Positions 55,425 to 61,801 of a stretch of 61,801 nucleotides of DNA are shown here, piece after piece. The notes under the pieces are model-generated. The model searched no databases. It had not been told where the DNA came from and worked only from the letters and a program-made list of their open reading frames with translations. Source of the DNA: Elainellaceae cyanobacterium (GTDB lineage Bacteria > Cyanobacteriota > Cyanobacteriia > CAKZMO01). The first letter of the stretch is position 1, and every line of letters begins with the position of its first letter. Made by a program: the position numbers and the translations under genes. The DNA lies in assembly GCA_050330955.1 (NCBI GenBank), contig JBHJHJ010000133.1:1-61801 (forward strand), in the 5' to 3' direction.

Positions 55425-57914
55425 ATGGGAAGACTGTTAGCAAGGATTGGGCGGATTCGGCTGATGGCGATCGCGGCGCTGGTGCCGTTGGCCGCTAGCG
55501 GAATTGCCGCCGGGCCAAGACCCAGCTCAGTCGCACAGACGCCTCCCTACCCCGCGCACCGGGCCGCACCGGCGTCTGACACGCCGGGCTCTAGCGAATC
55601 AGTCTCCCAACCCGCTGGCCTCTATACCGCAGACGGAACGGAGGGCACCCTGGTGGGACAGACCTTTACGCTGCAGCACACGGACATGCAGGCCCAGGTC
55701 AGCGGGAATCTAGCCCGGGTTGAGGTCACTCAGACGTTTCACAACCCGTTTGATCAGCCCTTAGAGGCAGTTTATGTGTTTCCGCTGCCGGACGAAGCCG
55801 CCGTAGACGATATGGAAATTCGGCTAGGCGATCGCGTCATTCGTGGGGAGATTAAGCCGCGGGAAGAAGCCCAGGCGATTTACGACCAGGCCCGAGAAGA
55901 AGGCCGCACGGTAGGGCTGCTAGAGCAGGAGCGGGCCAATATCTTTACCCAGTCCGTGGCCAATATTCGTCCTGGAGAGGCGATCGAGGTCACCCTGCGC
56001 TACACCGAGTCCCTCGCCTTTGAAGCTGACAGCTATGAATTTGTCTTTCCCACAGTGGTCGGCCCCCGCTATATCCCTGGCAATCCGCTTGAGAGTAGGC
56101 CAGAGGACGGAACCGACCAAGTGCCGGATGCAGACCGAATCACGCCGCCGGTGCTGCCGCCCGAAACCAGGTCAGGCCACGATCTGGCGGTGACGGTGCA
56201 GTTCGACGCCGGGATGCCGATTCGACAGGTGCGATCGCCCTCCCACGAGATTGTGATGTCGGAGAACAATTCCTTGGGCGTATCCCAGGTGCAGCTTGCC
56301 CCCAGCGACACCCTGCCCAACAAGGATTTCATTCTCCGCTATCAGGTCAGTGGCGACACCACCCAGGCCGCCCTGCTCACCCAGGCCAATGAGCAGGGCG
56401 GCCACTTTGCCCTCTACCTGATTCCAGCGGTAGACTATCGCCCTGAGGACATTGTCCCCAAGGACGTGGTCTTCCTGATGGACACCTCCGGCTCCCAGCA
56501 AGGGGAACCTTTAGCCCAGTCAAAGCGGCTAATGGCGCGCATGCTAAACGGCCTCAACCCCAGCGACACCTTCACCATCATTGACTTCGCTAACACCACC
56601 ACGCGCCTCTCTCCAACGCCGCTAGCGAATAATGACGCCAACCGCCGCCGCGCTATGCAATATGTTGACCAACTCACGGCTAGCGGCGGCACCGAGCTGC
56701 TCAATGGCGTTAAGGAAGTGCTCAGCTTTCCGCCCGCTGAAGACGGACGACTGCGCAGCGTGGTGCTGCTCACCGACGGCTACATTGGCAACGAGGCGGC
56801 AGTCATTGCTGAGGTGCAGCAGCGGCTCCAGGCCGGTAACCGCCTCTACAGCTTTGGGGTGGGTAGCTCGGTCAATCGCTTCCTGCTAGATCGCCTGGGA
56901 GAAGTGGGGCGGGGGCTCTCCCTTTTCGTGCGCCAGGATGAGCCAGTGGAGGCCGTGATCGATCGCTTTTTGGGCCGCATCAGTAACCCAGTGCTCACGA
57001 ACCTATCCGCAACCTGGGAAGGTCCAGAGGAAGCCGTAATCTATCCCCAGGCGGCCCCTGACTTGTTTGATCAGCAGCCCCTTGTGCTGTTTGGGCGGGT
57101 CAGCAGCAGCCAGCCCGGCGCGCTTAGGGTCACCGGCACCTTAGCCAACGGAGAACCCTACGAAACCCGGCTGCCTGTCCGCTTTGACGAGGCCGGAAAT
57201 GTGGCGATCGCCCAGCTCTGGGGCCGCGCCCGTATCAAAGACCTGATGCTGGAGATGGCCGGCGGCGAAACGGTAGCAGGGGTGGAGGCTGTGACCCAGA
57301 CGGCGCTGGACTACCGCCTGCTGTCGGCCTACACGGCCTTTGTCGCAGTTAGCGAAGAAGTGCGGGTCGACCCCGACGGCACTCGGCGCCGGGTAGAGGT
57401 GCCGGTGGCCCTACCAGAAGGGGTGAGCTACGAGGGTGTCTTTGGTCCCGCTGAGGCGGATGCAGGCGCCCCGAGCGCCGCTTCGCCTCAGCGAGCGACC
57501 TCCGCAATCACCAGGATCGCTGACACCCTCGACGCTGCTGAAGCTATCCCACAAGCCCCATCGCCTCACCAGCTGCCTCCAATTATCGCGACCGAGGAAG
57601 CTCCAGAGCAGTCTGCAGGTCAGCCCCTCAGCCTTGAGATCGAAATAGAGGGGGTAGACGTCACCTTAACCGATGACGTGGGTCAACAGCTCGCGGCATC
57701 CCTACAGCGTCAGCTCCAGGGTCTATCCACCACAAGCGGTACAGCGGTGTGGCGAGTGCGGCTGCGGCAGGGCCGAGTGACGCGGGTGCTGCTCGATGAG
57801 GCGGCATCGACCCTAGAGGGGCGGGAGGCCCTAGCGGAAATGAGGGCGCGGCTCAGGGGGTGGCGATCGCCAGTTGCCTTAGACGGAACCGTGCAGATTA
57901 CCGTAGCACGCTAG
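55425..57914 (+). CDS. VIT + vWA domain exported protein
   Basis: VTQTFHNP..PLEAVYVFPLP, MIDAS DTSGS, GGTE, LLTDG, LSAYTAFVAV. Confidence 0.92.
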   Translation: MGRLLARIGRIRLMAIAALVPLAASGIAAGPRPSSVAQTPPYPAHRAAPASDTPGSSESVSQPAGLYTADGTEGTLVGQTFTLQHTDMQAQVSGNLARVEVTQTFHNPFDQPLEAVYVFPLPDEAAVDDMEIRLGDRVIRGEIKPREEAQAIYDQAREEGRTVGLLEQERANIFTQSVANIRPGEAIEVTLRYTESLAFEADSYEFVFPTVVGPRYIPGNPLESRPEDGTDQVPDADRITPPVLPPETRSGHDLAVTVQFDAGMPIRQVRSPSHEIVMSENNSLGVSQVQLAPSDTLPNKDFILRYQVSGDTTQAALLTQANEQGGHFALYLIPAVDYRPEDIVPKDVVFLMDTSGSQQGEPLAQSKRLMARMLNGLNPSDTFTIIDFANTTTRLSPTPLANNDANRRRAMQYVDQLTASGGTELLNGVKEVLSFPPAEDGRLRSVVLLTDGYIGNEAAVIAEVQQRLQAGNRLYSFGVGSSVNRFLLDRLGEVGRGLSLFVRQDEPVEAVIDRFLGRISNPVLTNLSATWEGPEEAVIYPQAAPDLFDQQPLVLFGRVSSSQPGALRVTGTLANGEPYETRLPVRFDEAGNVAIAQLWGRARIKDLMLEMAGGETVAGVEAVTQTALDYRLLSAYTAFVAVSEEVRVDPDGTRRRVEVPVALPEGVSYEGVFGPAEADAGAPSAASPQRATSAITRIADTLDAAEAIPQAPSPHQLPPIIATEEAPEQSAGQPLSLEIEIEGVDVTLTDDVGQQLAASLQRQLQGLSTTSGTAVWRVRLRQGRVTRVLLDEAASTLEGREALAEMRARLRGWRSPVALDGTVQITVAR

Positions 57915-58101
57915 GATAGCCTCCCACACTAGAGCGTTAATCGCCCCTTCATCGGAAGATGCTATGACTGTTCCGTATGTCAAGACGACATCAAACCCTG
58001 ACCCAAGCCTAAAGAAAGTCTTTGGAGGGACAGACCTTGGGTAGATTCTTGACTAACCTGGAACCAAACATCTTCGTATTTGTTAAAGAGGTATAGCGTA
58101 A

Positions 58102-59508
58102 ATGGCACAGAGCTTTGGTTTAATCGGCCTCGCCGTGATGGGGGAAAACCTCGCGCTCAACGTCGAGCGCAACGGGTTTCCCGTTGCAGTCTACAACCGC
58201 ACTGCTGAGAAAACTGAGCGCTTTATGGCGGAGCGAGCTCAAGGAAAGAATATTAAAGCCACTTACTCGCTAGAGGACTTTGTTGCTTCCCTGGAGCGGC
58301 CTCGCAGAATTTTAGTCATGGTTAAAGCCGGTGGCCCTGTCGACGCAGTCATTGGGCAATTAAAGCCCCTGCTGCAGGAAGATGACATGATCATCGACGG
58401 CGGCAACTCCCTGTACGAGGACACCGAGCGCCGGGTGAAAGATCTCGAAGCCGCCGGGCTGAGCTTCATTGGTATGGGAGTCAGCGGGGGTGAAGAGGGG
58501 GCGCTCAACGGCCCTAGCCTGATGCCGGGGGGCACCAAAGCAGCCTACGAATCAATCGAGCCCATTGTCACCAAAATTGCGGCCCAGGTGGATGATGGCC
58601 CTTGCGTCACCTACATCGGCCCCGGAGGAGCAGGGCACTATGTCAAGATGGTGCACAACGGCATCGAGTACGGCGACATGCAGCTGATTGCGGAAGCCTA
58701 CGACCTGCTGAAGAATGTCGTTGGTCTGAACGACAAAGAGCTGCACGAGGTGTTTAAGCAGTGGAACACCACCGAAGAGCTAGATTCGTTCTTGATTGAG
58801 ATCACCGCCGACATCTTCACCCAGACCGACCCCGATACCGGTAAGCCAACCGTCGACATCATTCTGGACGCGGCGGGTCAAAAGGGAACGGGCCGCTGGA
58901 CCGTAGTCAGCGCTCTAGAGCTTGGCGTTCCTGTTCCGACGATTTTTGCCGCTGTTAACGCCCGGGTTATGTCGGCCTACAAGCAGGAGCGCATCGCGGC
59001 ATCCAAGCAGTTGAGTGGCCCCGCTGCCACATATCAAGGCGACGCTAAGGCGCTGATCAACAAAATTAGAGACGCGCTCTACTGCTCGAAGATCTGCTCC
59101 TATGCTCAGGGAATGGCGCTGCTCGGTAAAGCCTCAGACGAGTTTGGCTACAATCTTGATCTGGGCGAAACGGCCCGCATCTGGAAGGGCGGCTGCATCA
59201 TCCGCGCCCGCTTCCTCGACAAAATTAAGGAAGCCTACCACCAGAACCCCAAGCTGCCTAACCTGCTGCTGGCTCCCGAGTTTATCCAGACGATTCTCGA
59301 TCGCCAAGAGGCCTGGCGTGAAGTGTTGACCACCGCCAATACCCTAGGCATTGCCGTACCCGCCTTCAGCGCGTCCCTCGACTACTTCGACAGCTATCGT
59401 CGGGAGGTGCTGCCGCAAAACCTGACCCAGGCGCAGCGGGACTACTTCGGTGCCCACACTTACCAGCGGGTTGATAAAGAAGGGACGTTCCACACCCAGT
59501 GGTTCTAA
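58102..59508 (+). CDS. gnd: NADP-dependent 6-phosphogluconate dehydrogenase
   Basis: GLAVMG, VSGGEEGA, KMVHNGIEYGDMQ, QKGTG, QAQRDYFGAHTY. Confidence 0.98.
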   Translation: MAQSFGLIGLAVMGENLALNVERNGFPVAVYNRTAEKTERFMAERAQGKNIKATYSLEDFVASLERPRRILVMVKAGGPVDAVIGQLKPLLQEDDMIIDGGNSLYEDTERRVKDLEAAGLSFIGMGVSGGEEGALNGPSLMPGGTKAAYESIEPIVTKIAAQVDDGPCVTYIGPGGAGHYVKMVHNGIEYGDMQLIAEAYDLLKNVVGLNDKELHEVFKQWNTTEELDSFLIEITADIFTQTDPDTGKPTVDIILDAAGQKGTGRWTVVSALELGVPVPTIFAAVNARVMSAYKQERIAASKQLSGPAATYQGDAKALINKIRDALYCSKICSYAQGMALLGKASDEFGYNLDLGETARIWKGGCIIRARFLDKIKEAYHQNPKLPNLLLAPEFIQTILDRQEAWREVLTTANTLGIAVPAFSASLDYFDSYRREVLPQNLTQAQRDYFGAHTYQRVDKEGTFHTQWF

Positions 59509-59566
59509 CAATCCTAAACCGACGCACGGCATCGCTACCGGCATAGCCGACGCGATATTAACCTTA

Positions 59567-59604
59567 AAAAGGGAAGCAAATCCTTCACGGGTTGCTTCCC
59601 TTTT
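59567..59604. terminator. Terminator hairpin after gnd
   Basis: AAAAGGGAAGCAA...TTGCTTCCCTTTT. Confidence 0.8.
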
Positions 59605-59881
59605 CGCCGTAATTTAAAATTTTCTCTGCGAGGAGAAGTGGACAAAACCAGCCCCTCCTCTCGCTTCAAAGTTCACCAGCGATTTAGTCTCGCTATATGT
59701 GAATTTTTTAGTCGTTAATCCGGTAATTGAAAATTTCCATTGCAATACCAATTGCAACATGTCGTCAAACAAACCTGGTAACAGGCTACCGTTTTAAGTT
59801 ATAAATCTACAATCTTGCATTTCTTTATGCAATCGCTGCAGCGCCTCTTTCGCTGGCAGATGAAACGTCTGTTTTCACGCA

Positions 59882-60853
59882 ATGTCTATGGTCAAGTCGA
59901 ACGATATTCTCATACAGGCTGAGCAAGGCAGTGTGGCAGCCATCATTCAAGTGCTCAACCAGCAGCTCTCTGACTCCGGTATTCGGGTTAGGGCGGTTCT
60001 CGTCAGCGGGGTGCTGCAGCTCTTGTGTGAAGCAGCCGATGCTACCCGGCTGGAGCGTCAGCATTTGGTTCAACACATCCAGCAGATTTTAGAATCGCTT
60101 CACCCTAGGCACATTCGCCGGGTTCGCATTAATAGCCGTATCCTGAACGAACAGCAGCAGCTTTGGCTAGAGGAAATCAACCGCAATCCAGGCGATCAGC
60201 TGCTGTGGTCTGAAGATATTGTTCTCTCCTGGCAAAATCCCATTACGCAAATCACGAAATCCTGGCAACGGTCCAAAGAAACTACCATTCTTTCCGTTTC
60301 GGAAGATCGGCAGCAGCGTGAGCAGCGTCAGCTACGGCGGGCTCTCTTGGGTGGAGCGCTACTGGGCATGGGCATACTGCTTTTGAGCTGGGGTTTCTAT
60401 GGGTGGCTGCGGGCAGTGAGCTTGGACGACGCTTTCCGAGGGGCACGGACCAGAAAACAGGCTTCTGAAGCAGATACGCCAGATCGCTTTGGTGAAATCT
60501 TGAACGGCCCCGTGCTAAATTCTGTCTCTGAGGCGCCAAGAAATCAAAACCAGAGCGATCGCAACCCTGCTGACCCCAGCGAGAATGGCGGCGATCGCGC
60601 CGCTCGTTCTGGCCCGCTAGACGCCGTCGATCCTTTCGCTGACGCCGTGCGCCTGGCGGAAGCCGCAGCAACAGCGGGTCAAACCGCATCCACCCCTGCA
60701 GAATGGGCGGAGATTGCGACCGCTTGGCAGCAGGCCTCTGAGCTAATGGGCCAGATTCGCCCCGACGACGAACGCTACGCCACAGCCCAGAACCGCCATC
60801 AGCTCTACCAGCAGTACGAAGCTGCAGCGCGATCGCAGGCGGCGCGCCAGTAG
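59882..60853 (+). CDS. Conserved cyanobacterial single-TM hypothetical protein
   Basis: QAEQGSVAAIIQVLN N-terminal block, central TM, C-terminal DPFADAVRLA...W..A..LM helical block. Confidence 0.8.
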   Translation: MSMVKSNDILIQAEQGSVAAIIQVLNQQLSDSGIRVRAVLVSGVLQLLCEAADATRLERQHLVQHIQQILESLHPRHIRRVRINSRILNEQQQLWLEEINRNPGDQLLWSEDIVLSWQNPITQITKSWQRSKETTILSVSEDRQQREQRQLRRALLGGALLGMGILLLSWGFYGWLRAVSLDDAFRGARTRKQASEADTPDRFGEILNGPVLNSVSEAPRNQNQSDRNPADPSENGGDRAARSGPLDAVDPFADAVRLAEAAATAGQTASTPAEWAEIATAWQQASELMGQIRPDDERYATAQNRHQLYQQYEAAARSQAARQ

Positions 60854-60886
60854 GCGCCTCCCTGAGAGGGCTCAGACCACTCAAAA

Positions 60887-61801
60887 TCAATCAATACTGA
60901 CGCCATCAAAATTATGGGCACTCGGGAGCCCCACCAGCGGCGCGTCAGCGACAGTGCGCGCTTTTTGTTGGTGAGCCGTGAAGTAGCTTTGCCATTCTTG
61001 AGGGGCGTCTAGGGTCTCGCCTCCGTGTGTGGTGAGGCGCTGGCGCACCTGGCACAGCACCGGGGTGTTGATACAGGCCCCGGTTAAAATCACCTGGCCC
61101 TTGGTCAGGGCCGGCAGCTCTTTCAGCAGGTCTCGCCCTGCAGCCTCCACGCCGTACTTGAGGCTCTCTTGGTCCGCCGGGTTGACGATGCGCATCAAAA
61201 ACTGGCTCATACATTGGGAGAGCACGTCGGAATCCAGCTTGCCGGGGCGCTGGGTAATCAGACCCACCCCCACCCCAAACTTCCGCCCCTCGCTCAAAAT
61301 GGTGCGCAGAATCATTTTGCAGCGGGCGGGTTCGTGGGCCGGGGCGAAGCGATGGGCTTCTTCCAGCAGCACAAACACGGGGTAGGGCAGGTAGGTTTCG
61401 TCCCCGGCGGTGACCCGCTCTTTTTGCGTATCCATGCGGGCCTGGTTGGTCTGCCGCAAAATCGCGGCGCAGATCACCTGCTGCTCCTCCTGGCTGATTT
61501 CGCTCATCTGCAGCACCGTGACCTGGCCGGGCTGAAATAGATCTTTGGGGGACAGGTGCTGAAACGGGTGGAAGTAGGGCGATCGCGCCAGCCGGTCCAG
61601 CTTCCATTCGATAGCCGGGGCGGAGGAGCCCACTTTCTCGTTGCCCTCCTCGTCCACAGCGCTGTCGGCCTCATACACCGCCGCAATCAGGTCATTCACC
61701 CCCCAGCGGTACTCGCCATCGCGATGGCGCCGCAAGATGCCAAAGGCTTTGTTGAGGATGGCCTGCTGGCGATCGCTCATGTTGGGCAGCAGGGTCAAAA
61801 T
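60887..61801 (-). CDS. HerA/FtsK-family ATPase, C-terminal part (5' end outside window)
   Basis: Walker B VLLEEAH, arginine finger EGRKFG, ITQRP, SQC. Confidence 0.85.
   Translation of the reverse strand: MLTLLPNMSDRQQAILNKAFGILRRHRDGEYRWGVNDLIAAVYEADSAVDEEGNEKVGSSAPAIEWKLDRLARSPYFHPFQHLSPKDLFQPGQVTVLQMSEISQEEQQVICAAILRQTNQARMDTQKERVTAGDETYLPYPVFVLLEEAHRFAPAHEPARCKMILRTILSEGRKFGVGVGLITQRPGKLDSDVLSQCMSQFLMRIVNPADQESLKYGVEAAGRDLLKELPALTKGQVILTGACINTPVLCQVRQRLTTHGGETLDAPQEWQSYFTAHQQKARTVADAPLVGLPSAHNFDGVSID

Overview
Cyanobacterial chromosomal window: the HIP1 octamer GCGATCGC is abundant and ado/aar, nrrA, COP23, CCB and pentapeptide-repeat genes are present. It is probably a filamentous Leptolyngbya/Nodosilinea-like strain (inference). 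Core content: N-II amino-acid ABC operon (natFGH-bgtA-like), msrB, nrrA with a canonical NtcA promoter, dusB, a Cache-PAS-GGDEF cyclase, natC/natA, pyk, ado-aar plus an Sfp-type PPTase, an SLH porin, acr3, ccb, dacB, VIT-vWA, gnd and a truncated HerA-like ATPase. An accessory stretch at about 30-49 kb holds a patatin, a MITE-disrupted pseudogene, four miniature inverted-repeat elements (one nested in another), a TPR protein, an RTX protein divergent from a 952-aa XRE-HTH protein, unusual membrane proteins and a RimK-like three-gene operon. Best candidates for undescribed biology: (1) a three-gene putative peptidoglycan-remodelling module at 25.5-27.5 kb; (2) the giant HTH/RTX/TPR locus with repeated TGTC(T/G)AA motifs; (3) a TPR-SLOG-like class III cyclase with a non-canonical base-specificity residue; (4) an unannotated ~150-nt transcript unit with an NtcA box over its -10; (5) a 133/134-bp MITE family with 8-bp target duplications. 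No rRNA, tRNA or CRISPR array was seen. All family assignments come from motif recognition, not database searches.
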